This document shows positions 28,019-37,201 of a stretch of 64,000 nucleotides of DNA, piece after piece. A program made the position numbers and the translations under genes. Positions within the stretch are counted from its first letter, which is position 1, and each line of letters begins with the position of its first letter. This stretch comes from a virus. Under the pieces are notes generated by a model, which was not told the DNA's origin, did not search any database, and saw only the letters and a program-made list of their open reading frames with translations. Location: the IMG/VR virus record IMGVR_UViG_3300036401_000102, positions 2,723 to 66,722 of that record. One strand, given 5' to 3'.

Positions 28019-29460
28019 TGCTTGACCGTTCGCAGCAGCCGATCGCCAACATAGCCCTTGAGCAATCGCTCGTGGGTTCTGTCATCGTCAACCCTGACAC
28101 GTTCCGGTTCGCCGAAAACATCATCACAGCGGACGACTTCTACGAGCCGATTCACCGCGAGGTGTGGCGCCTGATCGCTGACGCGCACGCGGCGGGGAAG
28201 AAGATCGATCTGCGGCTGTTGATCGCGGCGCTTGGTGAGACCGCAAATCATGGGCTGCTCGGCAAGGGCCAGAGTGAATTAACCGTGAAAGCGTATCTGG
28301 CGCGGGTCTGCACCGAGGCGGCTCTGCCGATGGGCGTGCCGGACTACGCGCAGGCGGTGCGGGACCTGTCCGATCAGCGCCGCATCGCCGCGCTCGGCGC
28401 CGCGCTGTGGCGGGACAGGCCGGAAGACCCCGACAAACTGGCGATCGATGCCATCGACATGCTCGACCACATCGTCGGCGCGCGGTCGCGGTCGCACTCG
28501 CCGCGCGTGACGGCAAACGATGCGATGATTGCGGCTGTCGACGCGACGGCGGCGGCGTACCAGAACGATGGCGTGCCGACCGGCATACCGTGGATGATCG
28601 ATGAACTGGACCACAAGACACTCGGCATGCAGGGCGGCGAGTTGTTGATTCTCGCCGGCCGTCCAGGGATGGGCAAGAGCGCGGTTGCCATATCGTGCTG
28701 CCGCCAGATCGCAAAGCGCGGCTACAAGACGCTGCTGGTATCGCTGGAGATGAGCGCGGCGCCGATCGGGCATCGCCTGATATCGGACGAGCTTTACGAC
28801 AGCGAGAAGGCCATCCCGTATCACCGGCTGCGGTCGGGCAAGGTCGATCCCGAAGAATTCGAACGCATCACGCGCGCCGCACTGCGGATGAAGGATATCC
28901 CGCTCACGATCGAGCAGCGCGGCGGCCTCACGTTCTCGCAGATCGCGTCCATGGCACGGCGGATGAAGCGGCGCGACGGGCTCGACTTGCTGGTGATCGA
29001 CCACCTCCAGCTTATCCAGGCGAGCCAGCGCTACGCCGGCCAGCGCGTGCGCGAGGTCGGTGAGGCCACGGCGGGCGGTAAGATGCTGGCCAAGGAATTG
29101 GGCATCCCCGTGTTGATGCTGTGCCAGCTATCGCGCGGGATCGAGGGACGGGCCGACAAGCGGCCATTCCTGTCGGACCTCCGTGAATCAGGCGAGATCG
29201 AGCAAGACGCAGACGTGGTCGTGTTCGTGTATCGCGAGTCCTACTACCTGCAGAACACAGAACCGAAGGTGGGGACCGAAGAACATTTCAAGTGGATGGA
29301 CGCGATGGAGAAGGCGCACAATAAGTGCGAACTCATCGTGGCCAAGCAGCGCAACGGGCCGACCGGAGCGGTGCAGATATTCCTTTCCGTGGCCGACAAC
29401 GCGGTGCGCAACGTAGTGGACCCGTGTCGCTTGCCGCTCGACTTCAACAAGATGGAGTGA
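28018..29460 (+). CDS. dnaB: Replicative DNA helicase
   Basis: Walker A AGRPGMGKS, SLEMS, IDHLQL, QLSR..E.R..KRP.LSDLRESGEIEQDAD and KQRNGPTG. Confidence 0.96.
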   Translation: MLDRSQQPIANIALEQSLVGSVIVNPDTFRFAENIITADDFYEPIHREVWRLIADAHAAGKKIDLRLLIAALGETANHGLLGKGQSELTVKAYLARVCTEAALPMGVPDYAQAVRDLSDQRRIAALGAALWRDRPEDPDKLAIDAIDMLDHIVGARSRSHSPRVTANDAMIAAVDATAAAYQNDGVPTGIPWMIDELDHKTLGMQGGELLILAGRPGMGKSAVAISCCRQIAKRGYKTLLVSLEMSAAPIGHRLISDELYDSEKAIPYHRLRSGKVDPEEFERITRAALRMKDIPLTIEQRGGLTFSQIASMARRMKRRDGLDLLVIDHLQLIQASQRYAGQRVREVGEATAGGKMLAKELGIPVLMLCQLSRGIEGRADKRPFLSDLRESGEIEQDADVVVFVYRESYYLQNTEPKVGTEEHFKWMDAMEKAHNKCELIVAKQRNGPTGAVQIFLSVADNAVRNVVDPCRLPLDFNKME

Positions 29461-29463
29461 CTG

Positions 29464-30294
29464 TTGATCAATCCCTATCTTATCGATGGACCTGCACTGA
29501 TATCATTCAGCGGTGGTCGGACGAGCGGATACATGTTGCACGAGATCATTCGTGCGCATGGCGGCACTCTCCCAGACCACATGCAAGTGTGTTTCGCCAA
29601 CACCGGCAAAGAGCGCCCCGAGACGCTTCGGTTCGTTCACGAGTGCGCCACCCGCTGGAGCGTCTGGGTGCATTGGCTTGAATGGCGCGCGGGCAAGCCA
29701 GGTTACGAAGAAGTCGGGTTCAACAGTGCCAGCCGCAAGGGCGAGCCGTTCGAGGCTCTGATAAACCAAAAGCAGCGCCTGCCGAACGGCCATGAACGCT
29801 GGTGTACCCAATATCTCAAGGTGCTCCCGATGTTCGCGCACATGCGCGCCCATCTCGGGCTAGAACCGGGCCAGTATGCCGAGGTCATCGGACTGCGCGA
29901 CGATGAAGGCTTGCGCATCTTCAAAGGGATGGACCGCGCCGAAAAGGAAAGCCGCCGCGTGCATTACCCGCTCGCGAAAGCCAAGATCGTCAAGGCTGGT
30001 GTGCTTGGCTTCTGGCGCGCGCAAGACTTCGATCTTGGGCTGGAGCCTTGGGAGGGAAATTGCGACCTGTGCTTTCAGAAGGGCAAAGGCATCCGCAAAC
30101 GCATCATCCGCGATGATCCAGCAATTGCGCCGTGGTGGATGGCGCGCGAGATCGAACAGGATGGCTGGTTCGACAAACGCGACACGGTTCAAGAGTTGGT
30201 CGAGCAAGTCCGCGCCTCGCCGACGCTGTTCGAAGAACCGGACGACCTCGAATACGACGTGGAGTGCGGGCTTCAATGTGGCGCGGAGGATTGA
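29464..30294 (+). CDS. PAPS-reductase-family (PP-loop) protein
   Basis: SFSGGRTS, FANTGKE, R.CT..LK, IG.R.DE and GNCDLCF motifs. Confidence 0.85.
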   Translation: MINPYLIDGPALISFSGGRTSGYMLHEIIRAHGGTLPDHMQVCFANTGKERPETLRFVHECATRWSVWVHWLEWRAGKPGYEEVGFNSASRKGEPFEALINQKQRLPNGHERWCTQYLKVLPMFAHMRAHLGLEPGQYAEVIGLRDDEGLRIFKGMDRAEKESRRVHYPLAKAKIVKAGVLGFWRAQDFDLGLEPWEGNCDLCFQKGKGIRKRIIRDDPAIAPWWMAREIEQDGWFDKRDTVQELVEQVRASPTLFEEPDDLEYDVECGLQCGAED

Positions 30295-31089
30295 ATGCGC
30301 AAATACACGCACGACATCGTGTCATGGTCCAAGGGCACAGAGAAACTGACGCCCGAAGAGTATCGGGCGTATCACGTCATCGTCGGGCTGATGTACCTCA
30401 CCGAGGGGCCTGTGCCGTATGGCGAGAAGGAAATCGCGGCGCGGTGCAACATGTCGGTGCAGAAACTGCGCGGCGCGGTGGATAGCCTGATTGCGGCGCA
30501 GAAGCTCTGGCGCCGCGACGAGTGCCTGTACAACGCGCGCGTGCTGGACGAGTTGATGAAGACGGTCCCCGGATGCACGCAATGGGACCTGACGCCGTGC
30601 CACGACGCCGTGCCTGAACTGCCTCTCGCTGCGCCAAGGGCGAAGCGAATAGCCCCGCCGGAGACCGTGGCCGCGTTCGAACGGTTCTGGGCGAATCGTG
30701 CATCCCGCGTCGGCGGGGATCCCAAGCAACCAGCGCTCGACCGGTTCGCGGCGCACGTCGCGGCCGGTGTGGCGCTCGAGACAATCGAAGCCGGGATGCG
30801 CCGGCACGTCGCCGCGCTTCGCTCCAGCGGAGACCTGGGGACCAAGTTCACTCCGATGACGATCACGTGGCTCAATCAATCCGGCTTCGCCGACGACGCC
30901 CCGCAGGACCAGAAACAGAACGTGGTTGAACTCGACCCGGCGAAGTTCTCAAATGACGACTGGGCGCGCGTGTTGCGCGCGTATCGCATGACGAATAATT
31001 GGAAGGCGCATTTGAACGGGCCGGAGCCTGGGCGCCCCGGGTGTCTTGTTCCCGCCGCGCTGCTGCAACCGATGGAGAAGCACGCATGA
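30295..31089 (+). CDS. DUF1376/YdaU-like replication initiation protein
   Basis: T..LT.EE..AY.....MY N-terminus; FERFW and TWLNQ C-terminal motifs; adjacent to DnaB. Confidence 0.7.
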   Translation: MRKYTHDIVSWSKGTEKLTPEEYRAYHVIVGLMYLTEGPVPYGEKEIAARCNMSVQKLRGAVDSLIAAQKLWRRDECLYNARVLDELMKTVPGCTQWDLTPCHDAVPELPLAAPRAKRIAPPETVAAFERFWANRASRVGGDPKQPALDRFAAHVAAGVALETIEAGMRRHVAALRSSGDLGTKFTPMTITWLNQSGFADDAPQDQKQNVVELDPAKFSNDDWARVLRAYRMTNNWKAHLNGPEPGRPGCLVPAALLQPMEKHA

Positions 31090-31667
31090 CCGAAGCCTAT
31101 CCGCTGCACTGGCCAGAAGGACGCAGGCGTACAGAATATCATCGGCGCCAGCGGTCTCGGTTCAACACCGGATTTGGGATCGCGGTGCGTGAAGTCATCG
31201 CCGAATTGAAACGGCTCGGCGCGCGCAATGCCGTGGTGTCGACCAACGTACCGCTGCGTCGCGACGGTCTTCCGCTGGCGAGCGCCAAGAGCGTTTCCGA
31301 CCCTGGGGTTGCCGTCTATTTCCGCTACAAAGACAAACCAATGACGTTCGCATGCGACCGGTGGGATAAGCCCGAAGACAATCTTTGGGCCATCGCAAAG
31401 ACGATTGACGCGATGCGCGGTATTTCGCGTTGGGGTTCCGGTGACATGCTTGACACCGCGTTCAGCGGGTTCGTATCGCTGCCGCCGCCGAAATCGCCGT
31501 GGACAATTCTCGGCGTCGACAAGCGGTCGGCGACTCGCGATGTCATCAACGCGCGGTGGCGCGACCTCGCCAAGCAGCATCACGCCGACGCTGGCGGATC
31601 GACTGGCATGATGGCAGAGATCAATGTGGCTCGGGACAACGCGCTGCGCGAGATTGGCGCGGCTTGA
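31086..31667 (+). CDS. Phage J-domain-containing protein
   Basis: AYPL.WP.G..RT, DPGVAVYF, CDRW; C-terminal W.ILGV...LAKQHHAD.GGS...MAEIN.A. Confidence 0.85.
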   Translation: MTEAYPLHWPEGRRRTEYHRRQRSRFNTGFGIAVREVIAELKRLGARNAVVSTNVPLRRDGLPLASAKSVSDPGVAVYFRYKDKPMTFACDRWDKPEDNLWAIAKTIDAMRGISRWGSGDMLDTAFSGFVSLPPPKSPWTILGVDKRSATRDVINARWRDLAKQHHADAGGSTGMMAEINVARDNALREIGAA

Positions 31668-31692
31668 CCTCGCCCGTCCGATTGGCGATATG
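31664..31692 (+). promoter_or_regulatory. Putative sigma70-type promoter
   Basis: TTGACC-17 nt-GATATG; the predicted start (about 31698) coincides with the first base of hairpin 1. Confidence 0.55.
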
Positions 31693-31697
31693 AGTCC

Positions 31698-31787
31698 GGC
31701 GCCGCGAGTTTCTGATCTCCATTGGTTGCGCGTGGCGCCAGGGGGCCGCGTTCCTCCCGGTTCGCGGTCCCCCGCAGTTTCACATTT
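31698..31787 (+). ncRNA. Candidate trans-acting antisense small RNA (two hairpins with anti-SD loops)
   Basis: Hairpin 1 (31698-31739) loop carries CTCCATTGGTTG; hairpin 2 (31741-31772) loop is TTCCTCCCGGTT; complementary to an RBS motif before 12 genes. Confidence 0.65.
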
Positions 31788-31814
31788 CAACCGAACACTT
31801 TGTGAGCAAGCAGC

Positions 31815-32342
31815 ATGGGATCACCGGGAGCGCCACGACGGGCTTCCGGTGATCGCCTCTCCGCTCCGGTCGACCACATTGAGACGTGGCCCATCGGCAA
31901 GCTCAAGTCCCGCGCCGACAATCCGAACCTGCATTCCCCCGAACAAATTGAGCTTATCGCAAAGTCGTGGGACCGTCGCGGGCAGACGCAACTCATTTTG
32001 GTTGATGGCGACAAGGGGCCGACGTTCGGCGAGATCATCGCTGGCGAAGGCCGTCTCGCCGCTGCCAAGTTGCGCGGGCTCAAGAACGTTCGAGTCGGTG
32101 TTGCCATCGGGTGGCCGGAAGAAGAAAAACACGCCTATCGCATCATCGACAACCAACTCACGCGGCTGAGCGAGTGGGACGGCGAACTGCTCGCGGCCGA
32201 AGTGAACGACCTCGACGCGGCGGGCTATGACGTGTCTCTGCTCGCGGTCGACGCGGACCTGTCGTTGCCACCAACGCAACGGGCACCGCGATCGATTACG
32301 CCGCGATGCCCGACATGCAATCGGCCGATGCCGAAGAAGTAG
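31815..32342 (+). CDS. ParB/Srx-like N-terminal domain protein
   Basis: NPNLHS.EQI..IA.S, IIAGEGRL.AA, AYRIIDN.L...SEWD..LL motifs. Confidence 0.85.
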   Translation: MGSPGAPRRASGDRLSAPVDHIETWPIGKLKSRADNPNLHSPEQIELIAKSWDRRGQTQLILVDGDKGPTFGEIIAGEGRLAAAKLRGLKNVRVGVAIGWPEEEKHAYRIIDNQLTRLSEWDGELLAAEVNDLDAAGYDVSLLAVDADLSLPPTQRAPRSITPRCPTCNRPMPKK

Positions 32343-32597
32343 CTAGACGTGTTCGAGCTTGGCGACGACCTCGCCGCGCACCGTGATGAGGTCGCCCGCG
32401 CGCGTCTCGATCAGGCAGATGTCGTCGGGCTCGCAGCCGTACCATCCCGCCACGTCCATCTCGACTGACGGCCAGATGTGGCGATGCTGCTGGAACCACT
32501 GGCGCACGATGCTGCGCCCCGTGGCGATGTCGGTGACTTGGACGGTCGTGCCCTTGCCGAGCATCGTGTCCACGTCGGTGGTGGTGAGCAGACTCAT
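32343..32597 (-). CDS. Hypothetical protein
   Basis: Distal part of ORF 32343-33083, starting MSLLTT after a GGGG SD. Confidence 0.55.
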   Translation of the reverse strand: MSLLTTTDVDTMLGKGTTVQVTDIATGRSIVRQWFQQHRHIWPSVEMDVAGWYGCEPDDICLIETRAGDLITVRGEVVAKLEHV

Positions 32598-32730
32598 GGC
32601 GTCTTCCCCATCATGTTGCACGTCTTGATCCAGTCCAGCGCCTCGCCGCGCGTCGCAAACGTCTCGGCGGCTTCGATCCATTTCCAGATCGGATGCCATG
32701 CGGTCGGGGAGAGCATGATGATCGCGGTCA

Positions 32731-33129
32731 TCACCGTGCCCCCTGCTCTTTCGCCGCATAACGCTTGCGCGCCTGCGTGGCCTTCGCTTCCATCGCTGAC
32801 ATGGCGATGTCGCGGCTACCGTAATATTCGGAGCCGTTACTCGCGCCGAACGACACGCCGTTTTTCGTAACATGGAAGCGGACTTCGACCGGTGCTGATG
32901 CTGCGACCACGTCTGCAGTAACGAGACGCCAGCCCCGATGCTCTGCGCGTCGCGCCGCCTTCTCGTCCTCAGACAATGCGCGGACCATGATCGGTCGGAC
33001 GGTCCAGAGATAGCCGATAGCGCGGCCCTTGCGGTCAAGCAGGCCGAAGTCGCGTTTGGTGGTTTCGATCTTATTGAGATCACCTCTGGTGATTTCGTCG
33101 ACCGCTACGTGGTTGCTATAATCCGTCAT
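32731..33129 (-). CDS. Hypothetical protein
   Basis: Start MTDYSN follows the GCAACCAATGGGG motif. Confidence 0.65.
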   Translation of the reverse strand: MTDYSNHVAVDEITRGDLNKIETTKRDFGLLDRKGRAIGYLWTVRPIMVRALSEDEKAARRAEHRGWRLVTADVVAASAPVEVRFHVTKNGVSFGASNGSEYYGSRDIAMSAMEAKATQARKRYAAKEQGAR

Positions 33130-33302
33130 GTCCGTCCCCCATTGGTTGCCTTCACGTTCAAGATAGTTACTGCGGCACAGGGATAAGTCCACATCAATGC
33201 ATAGGACAGAAAAACTAACTGCATGTCGCAATGGGAAGACGTGCCTAGCGCCGGAATACGTGCTTATAGACGGACCTTCGGCGATTGCTTAGCGTGCCGT
33301 CA

Positions 33303-34268
33303 ATGAGAAAGCGCATCGAATGCAAGTCGTGCGAGGGGACCGGGATCATCGCGTTCCCCGAGGTGCGCAATCTTGGAAACGAGCGGTTGCCTGCGATGCG
33401 GAGTTGGTGCTTGGGCTGCGGCGGTTACGGCTACTACGTGCTGCCGCAAGGTTCAAAGATCGTGACTTACGCAGGCGAGACGAAGACAGAGGAATGCCCG
33501 CAATGAGCGACGCGATACAGCCGACCGGCGCAATCCCCGCAGCGAACGTCAAGGAATGCGTCGCGCGGTCGATCTCGAAAGACGGCGCCACGGCGATGAT
33601 GGTGTTCAAGATCGAGGACGGCACGCAGTTCGCGCTCACCGTGCCGGTCGCATCGCTTGGCAAGTTTCGGTCGATGGTCAACGACGTGTGCGATGACGCG
33701 CAGAAGTCGCAACTCGGCACCGGCATGGTGCAGATGAAGCGCCCGCACTCAATCGAGATCGGCAGCTCGGATCAAATCCGGGGCCACATCGCGATCACGT
33801 TCGACCGCGACATGCCGGAGGAAACGATATTCCTGATGCAGGACGCGATGGGTCTCGACGTGTCCGACGCGATGCAGAAGAACATATTCGGCCGCATGAC
33901 GCCGGAGGACCGGCGCGCGCGCATGGCCCGGTCGGGTCAGATACTCGCGCCGAAGAAGACGCTCATCATTCCGGGGAAGTGACATGAAAACTTTGACGGG
34001 CGACGATATCGCGATGGCGCAGAACGCGGTCGGTCTCGCGTTGTCATGGTGGGCAAAGCGCCGGGGAAGTAGCGGGTTCAAGACGCAACAGGTCGGGCGC
34101 CTGCGCCGCCTCAATGCGCGGCTGAACAAGATCAGCGACTATGCATATCCCTACAAGTCCGCCGACGTGATGCCGATCGATTGTGGGCGCGAGGTCATCA
34201 TGCGCGTGGACGAGAAGAACGTGAAGCGCACGCGCGCGGCTGCGCGCAAGGCGAACAAGAATGTTTGA
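33303..34268 (+). CDS. Three coupled hypothetical genes (Zn-finger 33303-33506, 33503-33982, 33984-34268)
   Basis: CKSCEGTG/CLGCGGYG motifs in the first; adjacent or overlapping start/stop codons. Confidence 0.6.
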
Positions 34269-35304
34269 AGTCCTCACCGCCCACGGCGCCGACGCGCTCA
34301 AATGGCAGCATGTCTGGGACCGCCTGCCGCACGATCTGCGCGATGTCCACTACTGCCCGGCTTACGGCCGCGTCCAGGAAGCGCTCGGCGGTCGCGCGAT
34401 GTGCGCTGTCTACGAGTGGGAGGCATGGATCATCATGCAGCCGTTCATGCTGCGCGATATCGGCGAGACTGGCTATCGCGACATGACGAGCATGTACGGG
34501 CACGGCGGCCCGGTGAGCAACATGCGATCGACTTCGGCGCGCTCGCTCGCGGAGTGGATGGAAGTTGACTTCGCACGCTGGCGCGGTGAACAGAAAGTCG
34601 TCTCCGAGTTCTGCGCGCTGCACCCGATGATGGCCGGCGATCAAATCCGCCTCATCCATCCCGACGCCGTGCTGCGCGACGTGCGCCAGACCGTGGCGAT
34701 GCGGATCGACTGCACCGACGAAGTGATCGCGGCGGGGATGCGCGCCGACCGGCGGCAGAACTTGGTCAAGGCGTCCGCAATGCAGATCGGCCCTGTGATT
34801 GCCGACAAGGTTTGGGACATCTACACTGAGACGATGCAGCGCCACCATGTCGCTCCGCGCTGGCGGTTTCCGCTCTCATACTTCCGCGCCTACAACTCCG
34901 AGCTATGGCCCGATCGCGCCGAGTTCATCGCGGCCTATGGCGACGACAATACGCGCGTCTCGGCATCGCTACTGCTGTTCGGCCATCACCACGCGCATTA
35001 CCAGTTCACGGGTAACGATGCCGACGCGCCGCGCGGGGCGAACGACCGCATCATCATGGAAGCCGCCCGCCTCGCGCGCCGCGCCGGCTGCACGTGGCTG
35101 CTGCTCGGCGGTGGCACGACGTCGGCAGAGAGCGACTCGCTGCTCGCGTTCAAGGCGGGGTTCTCAAAGCACCGGTTCATGGCGCGGAATTATCGCCGCA
35201 TATTCGATCGCGAGGCGTACATTCGCCTCTCCAGCGAGGCGGGGCGCGACCCCACGAACGACGCCGAGTTTTTCCCGGCATACAGGGCGGCAGAGGCAGC
35301 ATGA
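34261..35304 (+). CDS. GNAT/FemAB-like acyltransferase of the type found in surface-glycan loci
   Basis: DVHY.P.Y, D..S.YG.GGP, VSEF..LHP, IY.ETM.R, LGGG.....DSL..FK.GFS and FFPAYR. Confidence 0.8.
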   Translation: MFEVLTAHGADALKWQHVWDRLPHDLRDVHYCPAYGRVQEALGGRAMCAVYEWEAWIIMQPFMLRDIGETGYRDMTSMYGHGGPVSNMRSTSARSLAEWMEVDFARWRGEQKVVSEFCALHPMMAGDQIRLIHPDAVLRDVRQTVAMRIDCTDEVIAAGMRADRRQNLVKASAMQIGPVIADKVWDIYTETMQRHHVAPRWRFPLSYFRAYNSELWPDRAEFIAAYGDDNTRVSASLLLFGHHHAHYQFTGNDADAPRGANDRIIMEAARLARRAGCTWLLLGGGTTSAESDSLLAFKAGFSKHRFMARNYRRIFDREAYIRLSSEAGRDPTNDAEFFPAYRAAEAA

Positions 35305-35780
35305 TTACCAAAGAGAACAGCCTTCGCGGCACCACGACCGACGCCGGCCAGACCGTCGAGATCATCAAGGCCGATGGCTCCGTGATGAAGCCGCTCGGCG
35401 GCGGCCCGTTCGCCTGGGGACCGCAACGCCGCGAGAGCATGGACAAGATGGTGGCCGACAACGTCGGTAGAATCAATCTGGCCAAGGCGCTGCTCGCATG
35501 GACCTACGGCGGCCCGGCCGATCCGCGCGTGACGCAATACTTCACGCGCTACCAGCACCGTGTCGTGCTGTCGCTCGGCAAGGACTGGGCGCTGCGCGCC
35601 GCCGACGTGCGTCAGGTGCTCGACGCGATCATTGCGACGGAACGCGAGACCGCGCAGAGCCGCGCCATGGTGGATATGACGCCGGCCCCGGTTGTCACGG
35701 AACGCGGCGGCCTCCCTGGCGCACCGATCATCTGGGATACGAACGATGCGGGCCAGCGCGTCACAAAGCCGGGGGAGTGA
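35301..35780 (+). CDS. Hypothetical protein
   Basis: Coupled ORF (ATGA overlap with the GNAT gene). Confidence 0.6.
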   Translation: MITKENSLRGTTTDAGQTVEIIKADGSVMKPLGGGPFAWGPQRRESMDKMVADNVGRINLAKALLAWTYGGPADPRVTQYFTRYQHRVVLSLGKDWALRAADVRQVLDAIIATERETAQSRAMVDMTPAPVVTERGGLPGAPIIWDTNDAGQRVTKPGE

Positions 35781-35781
35781 C

Positions 35782-36063
35782 ATGCGCAACGACGCTGAAC
35801 TGATCAAGGCAATCGAGCCGCACGACATCGTGCAGATTATCCCGACCGACGATAACCGAGGCTTTGACGGGCTGCTCGCCGAGGTCGTCCGCAAGGAGAC
35901 GTGGGGCGTGATCGCAGTGATCCGCACGATGGGTGTCGGCTCCAAGCTGGGCGTGCATCGCTTCCCGTGGTCGATGATCGAGCCGACCGGCGGCCGGGCC
36001 GTGTTTGGCACCGATGGTAAGCGCGTCGGGGATCCGGGCGCCGCCGTCAAACATCATCCGTAG
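35782..36063 (+). CDS. Hypothetical protein
   Basis: GGGGAG SD; 'DIVQI.P...V.....WGV' pattern. Confidence 0.6.
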   Translation: MRNDAELIKAIEPHDIVQIIPTDDNRGFDGLLAEVVRKETWGVIAVIRTMGVGSKLGVHRFPWSMIEPTGGRAVFGTDGKRVGDPGAAVKHHP

Positions 36064-36065
36064 AC

Positions 36066-36094
36066 TTGCATTCGCTTCGCCAAAATCCGATAGT
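36066..36094 (+). promoter_or_regulatory. Putative sigma70-type promoter
   Basis: TTGCAT-17 nt-GATAGT in an intergenic gap. Confidence 0.45.
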
Positions 36095-36121
36095 TTTGCT
36101 CACACCAATGGAGAGTCTCAC

Positions 36122-36574
36122 ATGAACTACAGTACAGCCGTTTTCCTGATCAATGACGCGGCTCGCGCCGTCTACGCGACGTATGAGGCCGACGACAAGA
36201 CCGCGCCGAAGACGTTGTTCAAGACCTTCGACAAGACCATCGCGGTCGGCGACTATGTCGTGGTCCCGACGAACACGCGCCACAAGATGACGGTCTGCAA
36301 GATCATTGAGGTCGACGTGGATTTCGATCTTGGCACGACCGACGAACTGGCGTGGGTCATCGGCAAGGTCGACAAGGCGATGTTCCAGAAGACGCTCGAT
36401 CAGGAAGCCGTCGCCATCGCCGCCATCAAGTCGGCTGAACTGCGCAAGAAGCGCGAAGAGTTGCGCACCGCGCTGTTCGCCGATCACGCAGCCAAGCTCG
36501 CCGAACTCGACATCGCGCACGCCGGCAACGGTGGCGTTCTCGAAGCGCCGAAGACCGACGCGGCGACCGGATAA
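36122..36574 (+). CDS. Hypothetical phage protein
   Basis: ACCAATGGAG RBS; 'FKT.D..I.VGD.VVVP' and 'WVIGKVD'. Confidence 0.75.
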   Translation: MNYSTAVFLINDAARAVYATYEADDKTAPKTLFKTFDKTIAVGDYVVVPTNTRHKMTVCKIIEVDVDFDLGTTDELAWVIGKVDKAMFQKTLDQEAVAIAAIKSAELRKKREELRTALFADHAAKLAELDIAHAGNGGVLEAPKTDAATG

Positions 36575-36746
36575 GGTTCGACTTAGCCATGACCTCTTGC
36601 CCCGAGTCTCAGAGGAGTGGCTAATATGCCCGGGGGGCCATGCGGCCCCCCATTATCTCCTGCGGAGATAATCACTGCTGGTAGGGGGCGCCCGTGAGAC
36701 ATAGGGCGAAGGGTGCTCCCTCGATGCAGTTCAGGACCGACATCAT

Positions 36747-37201
36747 ATGCCGAGTTGCCCGAAATGCGGAAAGGTCAAGGTGCGCAAGCGCGCCGATGGC
36801 CGTCGCAAATGCAAGCGCTGCGGCGTGCTCCAGAGCGGCAAGTTTCTGAACCGATCCGGCCGCGTGACGCCGCATCACCTCCCCGAGCACTTCATCGGCC
36901 CATCGCCCGAGGAGTTCCGATGCATCCGGACATGATCAAATCCACTACCGGGCAGGCTGTCTATGGACAACTCGCAAATCTGTTCACGCTCTTGGCGGTA
37001 AGTCCGCGCGATGAGGCTGAACTTATCCTTGCGACATTTGTGCTGACCTACTTTTGCAGCATCAAAGGCGGTGCTGCTGATACGGAGTCGGCCATCGATA
37101 GGTTCTGCGATGATCTGAGAAGACTGTCGGAAACAATGACGATGGACACCGAAGTCCAACGCGCCGCGACAGATACGAAAAGGTTTTTACATCGTGGTTG
37201 A
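36747..37201 (+). CDS. Two small hypothetical genes (Zn-ribbon 36747-36935; 36920-37201)
   Basis: CPKC/CKRC motifs; GAGGAG SD before 36920. Confidence 0.55.

Noticed and set aside
31717-31732. Reading the 31.7-kb motif as an RBS for a minus-strand gene
   Set aside because: No start codon 6-9 nt downstream on the minus strand, and any ORF would run antisense into the J-domain gene
29445-32619. Weaker motif variants CAACAAGATGGAG (before 29464) and GCAACATGATGGGG (before 32597)
   Set aside because: They need a bulge or mismatch, so they were not counted among the 12 sites, though they may be weak targets
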